A DNA stretch of 64,000 nucleotides from Planctomycetota bacterium (GCA_038231435.1 JBBRLJ010000006.1:32001-96000), one strand, 5' to 3'. Positions 19,749-31,378 are shown, counted from the first letter of the stretch. The notes: a model not told the origin generated them from the letters alone. Numbers and translations: made by a program.

Positions 19749-19860
19749 GATCAGGTCTCTACGAGAGTGCACGTCGCTTGGCGCCTGGGCCCGGTCGCCC
19801 CTGTCCCACCCTGCGGGGCCAGCCCTGGCGCCGGCTGGTCGCGCCCTAGGCTGCTTCGCG

Positions 19861-20634
19861 ATGCGGCACGCGACGGATCCTGACGGCGTCTTGGCGGTGA
19901 TCCCGGCCTATAACGAAGCCGGCCGGATCGTTGCGGTCATCGAGGGTCTGCTGGCGATCGGCCTGCCCGTGCTGGTGGTCGACGACGGCAGCCGCGATGG
20001 CACCGGCGACGCGGCGCGCGCCGCGGGCGCGCGGGTGCTGCGCAAGATCAATGGCGGCAAAGGCACGGCGATCCTCGCGGGCTGCGCCTGGGCGATCGAG
20101 CGCGGCTTCGCGAAGGTGGTGCTGCTCGACGGCGACGGCCAGCACGATCCGCGCGAGGCTCTGCGCCTGATCCGTTCCTCGGGCCGCGCCGATCTGGTGA
20201 TCGGCAAGCGCGTGCTCGGCCTGTCCGCCCAGCCGCTCTACCGCCGCGTCTTCAATCGCCTGAGCAGCCTGCTGGTCACGCTCGCCGCGGGACGCCGCAT
20301 CATCGACAGCCAGAGCGGCTTCCGCATGTGCGATCCCCGACTGCTGCTGCGCCTGCCGCTCGCTGGCCTGCGCTACGATCTGGAAAGCGAGCTGTGCGTG
20401 CTCGCCGCGCGCGCCGGCATGCGCATCTCCGAGGTGCCCATCTCGGTGATCTACAACGACAAGCGCTCCGGCGTCCATCCGGTCTACGATACCGCCCGCT
20501 TCGTGCGCGCGGTGGCTCGCAGCGTGGTCAGCAGTCGCCCGCGCCTGCGACCGGTGCGCATTCCGGCGGCTGCGACTCCCCTGGCGCCGGCCGCCGCGCA
20601 AGGTCTTGCGCTCGCCTCCTCAGCCGCTTCCTAG
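19861..20634 (+). CDS. Glycosyltransferase family 2 (DPM1-like)
   Basis: VIPAYNE, VVDDGSRDGT, DGDGQH, DSQSGFR. Confidence 0.92.
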   Translation: MRHATDPDGVLAVIPAYNEAGRIVAVIEGLLAIGLPVLVVDDGSRDGTGDAARAAGARVLRKINGGKGTAILAGCAWAIERGFAKVVLLDGDGQHDPREALRLIRSSGRADLVIGKRVLGLSAQPLYRRVFNRLSSLLVTLAAGRRIIDSQSGFRMCDPRLLLRLPLAGLRYDLESELCVLAARAGMRISEVPISVIYNDKRSGVHPVYDTARFVRAVARSVVSSRPRLRPVRIPAAATPLAPAAAQGLALASSAAS

Positions 20635-20660
20635 CGCCCCAGCGCCGCTACGGTGTGGCG

Positions 20661-22574
20661 ATGGCTACGCCCCCGACCATCCGCCAGCTTCCCGAGATCG
20701 TCGCCAACCAGATCGCGGCTGGCGAAGTCGTCGAACGCCCCGCCGCGGTGGTGAAGGAGCTCGCCGAGAACAGCCTCGATGCCGGCGCGCGCCGCGTGAT
20801 CGTGCGCTGCGAGGATGGCGGACGGCGCCTGGTCGAGGTCGAGGACGACGGCCACGGCATGCGCCCTGGCGATCTGCGCCTCGCGATGTCGCGCCACGCC
20901 ACCAGCAAACTATCGACCGCCGAGGACCTGTTCCGCGTCGGCACCCTGGGCTTCCGCGGCGAAGCCTTGCCATCGATCGCGGCGGTGAGCGAATTCTCGC
21001 TCGCGAGCCGGCCGCACGGCGCCGAGATGGGCCAGCGCCTGGCGCTCAGCGGCTCGCGCGAGGACGCCTACGAGGCTTGCGCCATGGCCGCCGGGACCCG
21101 CGTGACGGTGCGCAACCTGTTCTGGAACGTGCCCGCGCGGCTCAAGTTCCTCAAGAATGAGGCCTCCGAGACCGGCCATGTCACCGAGCAGGTCATCCGC
21201 CTCGCGCTCGGGCACCCGCGCGTCGCCTTCCGACTCGAGACCGGTGGCCGCGCGCCCGTGGATCTGCCGGCCGACCAGACGCTCGAGCTGCGCGTGTGCG
21301 CGCTGTTCGGCAAGGGCTTCGCCGACAGCTTGCTGGCGGTGGCTGAGAGCAACGAGGGCATGCAGCTCGCCGGCTTCGTCGCGCATCCGCGCGAGGCCAA
21401 GCCGACGGCGAAGCGCCAGTATTGCTTCCTCAACGGCCGCTTCGTGCGCGACAAGCTGCTGCTGGCCGCGGTGCGCGAGGGCTTCAAGGGCTTCCTCGAG
21501 CCGCGCCTGCATGGCGCGGTGTTCCTGCACCTCGATCTCGATCCCGCGCTGGTCGACGTCAACGTGCATCCGACGAAATCCGAAGTGCGATTCCGCCGCG
21601 AGAGCGAGGTCTTCGTGCTGGTCAGCCGCGCCCTGCGCCGCGCGCTCGAAGCCAACAGCGGGAATTTCAGCCTGCTCACACCAGCTGATGCGGCGCTGCA
21701 ATCGTCGGCGCGACCGGCGGCGCCCTACCGCGAGATCGTCAAGCCGGCTTTCGCGCCCACGGCGCCGACGGTGCAGGAACGCTACCTGCCGCATACGCCG
21801 ATGACCCACGAGGCGCCTCGACAGGCCCCCGCGACGGTGGCTCATTCCATCTCCCCGGCAAATCCTGGTGCGGCGCCCGTTCGCGAGCGCGCCGCCGAGC
21901 CCGCGAGCGGCTACTCAGTCAGGGACTCGGCGAGGGACTCCGCGCGCGGGGTCGTCATCGCCGCGCGCGGTCCGGCCGAGGATTCCGCACGCGATACCAG
22001 CATGCCCGCCGGCGTGCGGCGCGTGCTGCAGCTCAATCGCATGTACCTGCTGATCGAGACCGACGACGGCGTGCGCATCGTCGACCAGCACGCCCTGCAC
22101 GAGAAGGCGCTGTTCCTGTGCCTCGATCCGGCGATCGGCGATTTCACCGCCGGCGGCCGCCAGGAGCTGCTCATTCCCAAGACCATCGAGCTGACCGCCG
22201 CCGAGGTCTCTGCCGTCGAACCGCTGCTGCCGAGCCTCGAGGCGCACGGCATCCACGCCGAGGTCTTCGGCCCCACCTGCGTGCTGGTGCGCTCGAGCCC
22301 GGCCGCGCTCAAGCGGCTGAACTGGGTGGCCTTCTTCTCGGGCCTCGCCGATTCGGGCTCGGGCGCCAAGGCCGCGGGCACCATCTCGGAGCGCATCGCG
22401 CACAGCGCCGCGTGCCATGGGGCGGTGAAGGCCGGCCAGGAGCTGGCCCCGGAAGAGCAGCTCGAGCTGGTGCGCCTGCTCTACCGGCTCGAACACATGG
22501 AGCACTGCCCGCATGGGCGGCCGACGACGCTCGATCTTGGTTGGGGCGAACTCGCCCGCCGATTCCAGCGCTGA
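20661..22574 (+). CDS. mutL: DNA mismatch repair endonuclease MutL
   Basis: NQIAAGEVVERP, GFRGEAL, VDVNVHPTK, DQHALHEK, ACH, CPHGRP. Confidence 0.98.
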   Translation: MATPPTIRQLPEIVANQIAAGEVVERPAAVVKELAENSLDAGARRVIVRCEDGGRRLVEVEDDGHGMRPGDLRLAMSRHATSKLSTAEDLFRVGTLGFRGEALPSIAAVSEFSLASRPHGAEMGQRLALSGSREDAYEACAMAAGTRVTVRNLFWNVPARLKFLKNEASETGHVTEQVIRLALGHPRVAFRLETGGRAPVDLPADQTLELRVCALFGKGFADSLLAVAESNEGMQLAGFVAHPREAKPTAKRQYCFLNGRFVRDKLLLAAVREGFKGFLEPRLHGAVFLHLDLDPALVDVNVHPTKSEVRFRRESEVFVLVSRALRRALEANSGNFSLLTPADAALQSSARPAAPYREIVKPAFAPTAPTVQERYLPHTPMTHEAPRQAPATVAHSISPANPGAAPVRERAAEPASGYSVRDSARDSARGVVIAARGPAEDSARDTSMPAGVRRVLQLNRMYLLIETDDGVRIVDQHALHEKALFLCLDPAIGDFTAGGRQELLIPKTIELTAAEVSAVEPLLPSLEAHGIHAEVFGPTCVLVRSSPAALKRLNWVAFFSGLADSGSGAKAAGTISERIAHSAACHGAVKAGQELAPEEQLELVRLLYRLEHMEHCPHGRPTTLDLGWGELARRFQR

Positions 22575-22579
22575 CTTTT

Positions 22580-22659
22580 TGTTGGGGGGCTACGGCCCCC
22601 CAACATCGGCCTCCGGCCTGCCCCCCAGACAGCTGGGGGACCTGGGGTGGGACGGCGGA
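22580..22659. repeat. REP-like multi-hairpin element, copy A
   Basis: TGTTGGGGGGC-TACG-GCCCCCCAACA hairpin, then GGCC-TCC-GGCC; homologous to 24526-24603. Confidence 0.8.
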
Positions 22660-22693
22660 CTACTGGTGATTGCGATCCTGATGCTTTCTTGAG

Positions 22694-23578
22694 TCAACGC
22701 AGACGCGGGGTCTTCTTGCCATGCTTCTGTTCCCGCCAGGTGCTGGCGGAACAGCCGGCGATGGCGGTGAAGGATTTGGCGAAGTGCTGGGATGAGGAGA
22801 AGCCGAGGTCGAGGGCGATCGCGGTGATGGCGGCGTCGCTGGTGGCGAGTTGGTGCTTGGCGCGCTCGATGCGTTGGCGCAGCAGGTACTGGCGCGGCGA
22901 GACGCCGACCTCGTGGGTGAAGAGGTTGACCAGATGGTTGGGCGACATGCCGACCAGGCGGCCGAGCTCGATGAGGCGCCAGGCCTGCTCGGGATGACTC
23001 TCGATCAGGTGCTTGGCCTTGGTGACCGCCGGATGCATGGGGATGAGCGGATCGCCGCGCCGCGCGCCGGCGGCGGCCTCGAGCAGGCGCGTCGCCTCGA
23101 TGACCACGGTGTCCAGCGCCGCGCGCAGGCCCTCGGCGCGATGCGGCTGGGCCATGGTGACTTCGCGCACTAGTTGGCGGAACGGCGGCTCGATGGCTTC
23201 GGCGTTCTCGATGCGCAAGAACGAGCCCTTCCGCCACGGCCCCGCCAGGCCGGGCAGGCGCGCGAAGACGGCATCGAGGTCGACGATGGCGAAGACGAAG
23301 TGGTGCTTGCGGGTAGAGCTGTCGACCAGGCGGTGCTCGACGTCGGGCGGCGCCGCGTACATGTCCCCTGGCCCGAGTTGCACGCCACCGCGCGCGCTCC
23401 GCCAACGCGACACCCCGTCGAGCTGCAGGTACAGCTCCCAGGCATGATGGGCATGTACGCCGATCTCGCGCTGCCTGGGGAACCACTGCTCGCCCAGGGC
23501 CAGCAGCTCAGGCACCGTCTCGTCAGGTGCATCGGCATGGAATCCGGCGATGACGCCGTGGGGTCTGACGTACTGCAT
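22694..23578 (-). CDS. AraC family transcriptional regulator with cupin sensor domain
   Basis: HAHHAWEL cupin motif; C-terminal HTH (GVSPRQYL, IALDLGFSSSQHFAKSF). Confidence 0.93.
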   Translation of the reverse strand: MQYVRPHGVIAGFHADAPDETVPELLALGEQWFPRQREIGVHAHHAWELYLQLDGVSRWRSARGGVQLGPGDMYAAPPDVEHRLVDSSTRKHHFVFAIVDLDAVFARLPGLAGPWRKGSFLRIENAEAIEPPFRQLVREVTMAQPHRAEGLRAALDTVVIEATRLLEAAAGARRGDPLIPMHPAVTKAKHLIESHPEQAWRLIELGRLVGMSPNHLVNLFTHEVGVSPRQYLLRQRIERAKHQLATSDAAITAIALDLGFSSSQHFAKSFTAIAGCSASTWREQKHGKKTPRLR

Positions 23579-23648
23579 GGCGTAATATTTGATACATGTG
23601 CGATGCGCGCGGACAAGCCCCGGCGCCGCGTGCGGAGATGATCCCGAC

Positions 23649-24596
23649 ATGGACTTCCTGCTGACGGACGAGGAACGCGCCCTGCTGCCAACCGAGGACG
23701 AGGTCGAGTCCTTCCGCGAGCGCGGCTGGTACATCTCGCGGCCGCTGTTCACCGCCGAACGCCTGGCGCGCGTGGTCGCTGCCAGCGAGCGCTTCTACAC
23801 CGGTGAACGCGACATGCCGATGCCCGACGGCAGCGCCGACTACAAATGGACCTGGAAGCCCGAGCACGGCGATGGACTGCGCAAGAGCGACTATTCGTCG
23901 CTGCAGAACCGCGAGCTCCAGGCGCTGGTGCGCTCGCCGATCCTGGGCGCGATCGCCGCGGTGCTGACCGGGTCGGACGAGATCCGGCTGTGGCACGATC
24001 AACTGCTGTACAAGCCGGTCGACTCAGGCGAGCGCAACAACAGCGTCGGCTGGCACACCGATCGCGGTTATTGGAAGACCTGCTCGTCGAGCGCGATGCT
24101 CACCGCGTGGGTGCCGTTCCACGATTGCGACGCCACGATGGGCACCGTCAGCATGATCGATGGCAGCAACCATTGGCCGGACAACACCGAGAAGCTGAAC
24201 TTCTTCGATCCGAACCTCGAAGCGCTCGAACGCCAGTTCATCACCGGCGGGAAACCGGTGGTGAAGGTGCCGATGGAGCTGCGCGCCGGGCAGGTCAGCT
24301 TCCACAGCTGCCTCACCATCCATGGCAGCGGCCAGAACCGCTCCCACCGCCCTCGCCGCTCGATCGCCATCCACATGCAGGACGCCTCCAACCGCTGGCA
24401 GGAATACCGCCACGCCGACGGCAAGCTCGCCACCCACGCCAACGACGACTTCGCGCGCAAGCTCGACGGCAATCCAGACTACAGCGATCCCGCCATCTGC
24501 CCCGTGCTGTGGAGCGGTGCTGTCGGTTGGGGGACTACGGCCCCCCAACATCGCGCTCTGCGCTGCCCCCCAGGAAGCAGGACGGCCGAGGTTTGA
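23649..24596 (+). CDS. Phytanoyl-CoA dioxygenase (PhyH) family Fe(II)/2OG enzyme
   Basis: DQLLYKP, WHTD (HxD), TAWVP, GSNHW, FHSCLTIHGS, RRSIAIH. Confidence 0.9.
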   Translation: MDFLLTDEERALLPTEDEVESFRERGWYISRPLFTAERLARVVAASERFYTGERDMPMPDGSADYKWTWKPEHGDGLRKSDYSSLQNRELQALVRSPILGAIAAVLTGSDEIRLWHDQLLYKPVDSGERNNSVGWHTDRGYWKTCSSSAMLTAWVPFHDCDATMGTVSMIDGSNHWPDNTEKLNFFDPNLEALERQFITGGKPVVKVPMELRAGQVSFHSCLTIHGSGQNRSHRPRRSIAIHMQDASNRWQEYRHADGKLATHANDDFARKLDGNPDYSDPAICPVLWSGAVGWGTTAPQHRALRCPPGSRTAEV

Positions 24597-24603
24597 CGGC
24601 GGA
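24526..24603. repeat. REP-like multi-hairpin element, copy B
   Basis: GTTGGGGGAC-TACG-GCCCCCCAAC, then GCGC-TCT-GCGC; same orientation as copy A. Confidence 0.8.
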
Positions 24604-24672
24604 TGTCGCGCCCCATCCCTCCTTCCTCCCCTCTCCCCTTCACGCGGGCGTGCACGTGGACACCATGCGCGC

Positions 24673-25950
24673 ATGGATACCGCCCCCGCCCAGGCCCTCT
24701 GTCGCTTCATCGATGATTCGCCGAGCCCGGCGCATGCCGCGACCACGTTGTCGCGCGGCCTGGCCGCGGCTGGATTCGCAGAGGTGCAGGCCGAGCGTCC
24801 GGACTGGGGTCTGTCTCCCGGTCGCTACCAGGTGCGCCGGGGCGCGAGCGTGGTCGCGTTCATCGTGCGCGGCAGCGATCCGAACCGGTTCTCGCTCGTC
24901 GGCGCGCACACCGACAGCCCGCACCTGCGCCTGAAGCCGCGGCCCGCCTTCCAGGCCGAAGGCTGCAGCCAGCTCGGGGTCGAGGTCTACGGCGGCGCGC
25001 TCCTGAACTCGTGGCTCGACCGCGATCTCGGCCTTGCCGGCACCGTGCACGGCGCCGACGGCACCGCGCGCCTGGTCTGCATCGACCGCCCGATCGCGCG
25101 CGTCGCGCAGCTGGCGATCCACCTCGACCGCAAGGTCAACGAGGACGGATTGAAGCTGAACCCCCAGACCCAGCTCGCGCCGATCTGGGGCCTCGCGCGC
25201 GCGGGCGGCGATGTCCAGGCGGAGTTCGCGACCCTGCTCGAGAAGGCCAGCGGCATCCCCGCGGCCGAGATCGTCGCCCACGACCTCTCGCTCTTCGATC
25301 TCACCGAGAGCCGTCTCGGCGGCGCGTCGGAGGACCTGATCCTGGCGCCGCGCCTGGACAACCTCGCCTCGTGCCATGCCGGACTGATCGCACTGGTCGC
25401 CGCCGGCGATGGCGAGCCCCGCACCGTGCCGGTGCTCGCCTGCCTCGATCACGAGGAGGTCGGCTCAACCAGCGACCGCGGCGCCGACGGCACCTTCGTG
25501 GGCATGGTGCTCGAACGCATCGCGCTCGAGCTCGGCCTGTCGCGCTCGGCCTTCCTCGCCGCGCTGTCGTCGAGCCTAATGATCTCGGCGGACATGGCGC
25601 ATGCCGCGCATCCGAACTACGCCGACCGCCACGAGCCGCGCCACAAGCCGCTGCTCGGCCACGGCCCGGTGCTCAAGTGCAACCACAACCAGCGCTACGC
25701 CACCTCGGGAGCCAGCGCCGCCGCCCTGCGCACCCTCGCCAGGCGCGCCGAGGTGCCGCTCCAGGACTTCGTCGCCCGCACCGATCTCGGCTGCGGCTCG
25801 ACCATCGGCCCGATCGCCGCCGCGCGCCTGGGCATGTCGGTGGTCGATGTCGGCAACCCGATGCTCTCGATGCATTCGGCCCGGGAATGCGCCGCCACTG
25901 CCGATCACCCGCTGTACATCGCGCTGTTGCGTGCGCACCTGGGCGCCTGA
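24673..25950 (+). CDS. M18 family aspartyl aminopeptidase
   Basis: GAHTDSP, WLDRDL, RLDNL, DHEEVGS, SADMAH, CGSTIGP, LSMHSARE. Confidence 0.95.
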   Translation: MDTAPAQALCRFIDDSPSPAHAATTLSRGLAAAGFAEVQAERPDWGLSPGRYQVRRGASVVAFIVRGSDPNRFSLVGAHTDSPHLRLKPRPAFQAEGCSQLGVEVYGGALLNSWLDRDLGLAGTVHGADGTARLVCIDRPIARVAQLAIHLDRKVNEDGLKLNPQTQLAPIWGLARAGGDVQAEFATLLEKASGIPAAEIVAHDLSLFDLTESRLGGASEDLILAPRLDNLASCHAGLIALVAAGDGEPRTVPVLACLDHEEVGSTSDRGADGTFVGMVLERIALELGLSRSAFLAALSSSLMISADMAHAAHPNYADRHEPRHKPLLGHGPVLKCNHNQRYATSGASAAALRTLARRAEVPLQDFVARTDLGCGSTIGPIAAARLGMSVVDVGNPMLSMHSARECAATADHPLYIALLRAHLGA

Positions 25951-26026
25951 GCGCTTCCACCGTACTTCGGCTGTCGCTCTTCCGCCTTCGTCTTCGCGCC
26001 TCCTCGGACCGGCCGCGATGTCCCGA

Positions 26027-27367
26027 TCAGGCGAATTCGTTGTAGATGGCGCGGATGGCGGTGGCGAGATCGTTCTCCTCAATGCCCACGATGATGTTCT
26101 GCTCGCTCGATCCCTGATCGATCATGCGCACGTTGACGCGCGCCTTGGCGAGCGCGGTGAACAGCCGAGCGGCGGTGCCGATCGCGTGATTCATGCCTTG
26201 GCCCACAGTGGCGATCATGGCCATGCCCGGCACCACCTTCACCGTGTCGGGTTTCACCGCGCCAGTGATGTCGTCGACGATGCGGTCGATCTTGCTGATG
26301 CCCTTGGCGTCGATCAGCTGCTTGTCGCTGACCACCACCGACATGGTGTCGATGCCGGTCGGCGTGTGCTCGTACGAGACGCCGAGGCTCTCGAACACGT
26401 CGAGCAGCCGGCGGCCGAAACCGACCTCGGCGTTCATCAGCGCCTTCTCGACGTTGACCACGGTGAAGCCCTTGGTGCCGGCGATGCCGACCACCACCTG
26501 GTGGCCCGCGTCGCGCTCGGCGACGATCATGGTGCCGGGGTCCTCTGGCTTGTTGGTGTTGCGGATGTTGATCGGGATGCCCTTGCCCTGCGAGGGGAAG
26601 TCGCGCACCGGGAACACCGCCTCCTCGTGCAGCACGCTGGCGCCCATGTACGACAGCTCACGCAGCTCGCGGTAGGTGATCTCGGTGATCGGCTTGGCCT
26701 CTGGCACCACGCGCGGATCGGTCATCAGCACACCAGAGACGTCCGTCCAGTTCTCGTAGAGCGCCACCTCGCACGCACGCGCCACGATCGCGCCGGTGAC
26801 GTCGGAGCCGCCGCGGCTGAAGGTCTTGACCTCGCCATCGGGAGACGACCCGTAGAAGCCGGGGATGACGTAATGGTGCGGGCCCGAGCAGCGCGCCTTG
26901 ATGGCCGCGAAGGTCTTCGGGTCGAGGCGGCCCGAGCGGTCGAAGTGCACGACCTCTGCGGCGTCCACGTATTCGGCGCCCAGGAGAGCGGCCAGCACCC
27001 GCCCGTGCAGCGCCTCGCCGCGGCTGGCCGCATAGTCGGGCGTGCAGCCGGCCTGGATCCTGCCGCGTACCTCCTCGAGGGCCGGGGCGAGATCGAGATT
27101 GAGCTTGAGCTCGGAGATGATGGAGGTGAAGCGCGCCGCGATGCCGTCCCACACCTGGCCGATCGGCTGGCGCTTGGCGCCGAGCTGCTGCGCGAGGTAG
27201 AGGAGGTCGGTCACCTTGGTGTCGCCGGATGACGCCTTGCCGGGCGCCGACGGCACGATCAGGCGACGGCCCGGATCGGCCGCGATGATCGCCTTGACCT
27301 TGAGCAGCTGCGCGGCGGTGGCCACCGAGGTGCCGCCGAACTTCGCGACCTTGAGCGCTGCCGCCAT
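26027..27367 (-). CDS. lysC: Aspartate kinase
   Basis: KFGGTS, SAPGK, TFSRGGSD, WTDVSG, ELSYMGASVLH, two ACT domains. Confidence 0.95.
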   Translation of the reverse strand: MAAALKVAKFGGTSVATAAQLLKVKAIIAADPGRRLIVPSAPGKASSGDTKVTDLLYLAQQLGAKRQPIGQVWDGIAARFTSIISELKLNLDLAPALEEVRGRIQAGCTPDYAASRGEALHGRVLAALLGAEYVDAAEVVHFDRSGRLDPKTFAAIKARCSGPHHYVIPGFYGSSPDGEVKTFSRGGSDVTGAIVARACEVALYENWTDVSGVLMTDPRVVPEAKPITEITYRELRELSYMGASVLHEEAVFPVRDFPSQGKGIPINIRNTNKPEDPGTMIVAERDAGHQVVVGIAGTKGFTVVNVEKALMNAEVGFGRRLLDVFESLGVSYEHTPTGIDTMSVVVSDKQLIDAKGISKIDRIVDDITGAVKPDTVKVVPGMAMIATVGQGMNHAIGTAARLFTALAKARVNVRMIDQGSSEQNIIVGIEENDLATAIRAIYNEFA

Positions 27368-27508
27368 GACTCTCCCCGTGCTTTCACCGGCGTCGCCGGA
27401 CGTTCTGCCTGCCGCGTGCTGCCTGCTCGAAGGCGCGGAGGCTAGCGCGCGTGGTGAAAAGGAAATGCCTGGGGCGACTTCGCCGTCGCTTGGCTTGGGC
27501 CGGCTTAC

Positions 27509-28006
27509 CTACCGGTTCAAGAGGTGCACGAAGGCGCTGATGATCACCACCAGGCTGGCGACCACCGCCGCGAAGCCGACCAGCGCCATCGCCACCCACA
27601 CGAAGAAGCCGAGCACGGTAGGCAGGAACCACAGCAGGGGCGAGCGGTGCAGGTAGCACCAGCGGGGATAGTCGCGCAGCCAGCGCGCGATCGGCAGCAG
27701 CACCCACGAGCTGAACATGACCACGACGCAGGCCGCCACGATGCCGATGGCGAAGCGCGTGGTCTTGGGGTCGAGCGTCGGCCGCACCTTGGGGCCGTGG
27801 TCCCAGGTGAAGAACAGGCAGCTCAGGCCGACGATCGGGATGATGTTCACCACCACCAGGAAGCGCAGCCGCTCCCACAGACCGAGCGCCAGCCGTGGCG
27901 GCGAGCCTGATTCATGTCCGGCCGATGTCCGGGCCGATGCCTTGGCGGACCCCCTTGCGGATCCCCCCGCGGAAGTCCCGGTGCTGGTGCGCGCGCGTTC
28001 CGGCAT
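27509..28006 (-). CDS. Hypothetical membrane protein (about 3 TM)
   Basis: Three hydrophobic segments; fills the gap between hemL and lysC on the same strand. Confidence 0.7.
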   Translation of the reverse strand: MPERARTSTGTSAGGSARGSAKASARTSAGHESGSPPRLALGLWERLRFLVVVNIIPIVGLSCLFFTWDHGPKVRPTLDPKTTRFAIGIVAACVVVMFSSWVLLPIARWLRDYPRWCYLHRSPLLWFLPTVLGFFVWVAMALVGFAAVVASLVVIISAFVHLLNR

Positions 28007-28014
28007 CGCGCTCT

Positions 28015-29352
<1,338 letters not shown>

Positions 29353-29361
29353 GGTTCGGTG

Positions 29362-29943
29362 ATGATCCTGCTCGCCAGCCGGAGTCCGCAACGGGCGCTG
29401 CTGCTCGAACGGGCCGGCCTCGCCTTCGGCGTCGTCGCTTCGAGCGCCGACGAGGAGCTGGTGTCGGCGGCCGATCCCGACGCGCTCGCCCTGGCGCGAG
29501 CCCGCGACAAGGCGCGTCAGGCCCAGGTCGTCGATGGCCTGGCGCTGGGCGCCGACACCGTGGTGGCCCTGGGCGAGCGCGATTTCGGCAAGCCGCGCGA
29601 TCGCGCCGATGCCGAGCGCATCCTCGCGTCGCTCGCGGGCACCACCCATCGCGTCATCACCGGGCACTGGTTTTCGCGCTTCTCCGGAGGCAGGGTGGTG
29701 GGCGAGGCCGGCGAGACCGCCACCACCTGGGTGTCGATGCGCGCGATGAGCCTGGCGCAGATCCGCGCCTACGTGGACACCGGCGAGAGCGACGGCCGCG
29801 CCGGCGCCTATGCCATCCAGGAGAGCGGTGACCGCTTCGTCGAGGATCTCGACGGCGCCTGGGACACGGTGGTCGGCCTGCACCTGCCCGCGGTGGTGCG
29901 CCTGCACCAGCTGGTGGCGGGCAAGCCACCGACACGCGCCTGA
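29362..29943 (+). CDS. maf: Maf family nucleoside triphosphate pyrophosphatase
   Basis: LLASRSPQR, GADTVV, GKP, H.VITG, AGAYAIQ, VVGL. Confidence 0.92.
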   Translation: MILLASRSPQRALLLERAGLAFGVVASSADEELVSAADPDALALARARDKARQAQVVDGLALGADTVVALGERDFGKPRDRADAERILASLAGTTHRVITGHWFSRFSGGRVVGEAGETATTWVSMRAMSLAQIRAYVDTGESDGRAGAYAIQESGDRFVEDLDGAWDTVVGLHLPAVVRLHQLVAGKPPTRA

Positions 29944-30058
29944 GCACCACCGCTCTGGCCTGGCCGAGCGAACGCCGCCGGTTGAACCCGTCGGCCCCCC
30001 TCGCACCATCCGCGCCGGCGTCGGAGACCCGTCGGTAAGCGGCAGTCAGCGCGGAGGA

Positions 30059-31351
30059 ATGGCCATGGAACGATGTGCGATCGGCCTGATCGGCTGGGGT
30101 ACCGTCGGCACGGGTGTCGTCGACATCCTCGCTCGCGACGCGGCGGTGATCAGCGAACGCTGCGGGCTGGACCTGTACATCAAGACCATCGTCACGCGCT
30201 CACCCGCCCGCCGGCGCGAACAATCGCCCGGCGCGGCCACGGTTACTTCCGATATCCAGGTGCTGCTGCGCGATCCGGAAATCGCCACCGTCATCCACCT
30301 GGTCGGCGGCACCACGGACGCGCGCACCCTCTGCCTGCAGTGCATTTCTGCGGGTAAAAACGTGGTTACCGCCAACAAGGCGATGCTCGCCGAGCATGGC
30401 GACGAGATCTTCGCCGCGGCCGCGGAGCGCGGCGTCGGCATCGCCTTCGAGGCCGCGGTCGCCGGTGGCATCCCGGTGATCGCCGCGCTGCGCGACGGCC
30501 TGGTGGCCAACCGCATCCAGGCGATCTACGCCATCCTCAACGGCACCTGCAACTTCATCCTCACCAAGATGGAGTCGGAGGGAAAGGGCTACCAGGAGGC
30601 CCTGGCCGAGGCGCAGAAGCTCGGCTACGCGGAATCCGATCCCACCCTGGACGTCGACGGCACCGATACCGCCCACAAGCTCGCCCTGCTCGCGCGCATT
30701 GCCTTCAACGCTCGCATCCCCGTAGTCAAGGTGCGGGTCGAGGGCATTCAGAACCTCGGTTTCCTCGACATCCGCTCGGCGAAGACCATGGGCGCGCGCA
30801 TCAAGCTGATCGCCGCCGCTCGGCATCGGCCCGAGGGGCTGGAGCTGCGAGTCGCGCCGACGCTGGTGCCGCTCGACCACCCCCTCGCCGACGTCAGCAA
30901 GAACTACAACGGCATCTACATCGTGGGCGACGCCGCTGGCCCCACCCTGCTGGTCGGGCAGGGCGCTGGCGCGCTGCCCACCGCGAGCGCGGTGCTCGCC
31001 GACGTGGTCGATGTCGCGAGCGGCCGTTACCAGCATACCGCCAGCCGCTTCGCCTTCTTCCGCGGCGGCAAGGACATCAATTTCCTCCCCGAGAGCGAGG
31101 AATACACCGGCAGCTACGCCCGGTTTGCAGTGCCGGACCGTGCTGGCGTGCTAGCGGGCATCAGCAATGTCCTGAGTGCCCATGGCGTCAGCGTGCTGAG
31201 CATCCACCAGGGTGAGCCTGATGAAGCCGGCAGCGCTCTTATAGAGGTAGTAACACACCCCGTCCGCGGCGGGTCCTTTTTGACCGCTGTTGAGGCCATA
31301 GACTCCTCTGGCCTGACCCTCAAGCCCACCGTCACCCTCCGGCGCCTATGA
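30059..31351 (+). CDS. hom: Homoserine dehydrogenase with C-terminal ACT domain
   Basis: GWGTVG, VVTANK, FEAAVAGGIP, ILNGTCNFIL, GYAESDP, GQGAG, DRAGVLA. Confidence 0.97.
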   Translation: MAMERCAIGLIGWGTVGTGVVDILARDAAVISERCGLDLYIKTIVTRSPARRREQSPGAATVTSDIQVLLRDPEIATVIHLVGGTTDARTLCLQCISAGKNVVTANKAMLAEHGDEIFAAAAERGVGIAFEAAVAGGIPVIAALRDGLVANRIQAIYAILNGTCNFILTKMESEGKGYQEALAEAQKLGYAESDPTLDVDGTDTAHKLALLARIAFNARIPVVKVRVEGIQNLGFLDIRSAKTMGARIKLIAAARHRPEGLELRVAPTLVPLDHPLADVSKNYNGIYIVGDAAGPTLLVGQGAGALPTASAVLADVVDVASGRYQHTASRFAFFRGGKDINFLPESEEYTGSYARFAVPDRAGVLAGISNVLSAHGVSVLSIHQGEPDEAGSALIEVVTHPVRGGSFLTAVEAIDSSGLTLKPTVTLRRL

Positions 31352-31367
31352 TGTTCCACGTGGAACC
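31352..31367. promoter_or_regulatory. parS: parS centromere-like site 1 (TGTTCCACGTGGAACC)
   Basis: 15/16 match to the widespread parS palindrome TGTTCCACGTGGAACA; directly upstream of parA. Confidence 0.93.
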
Positions 31368-31378
31368 TTGCGGCTCGT

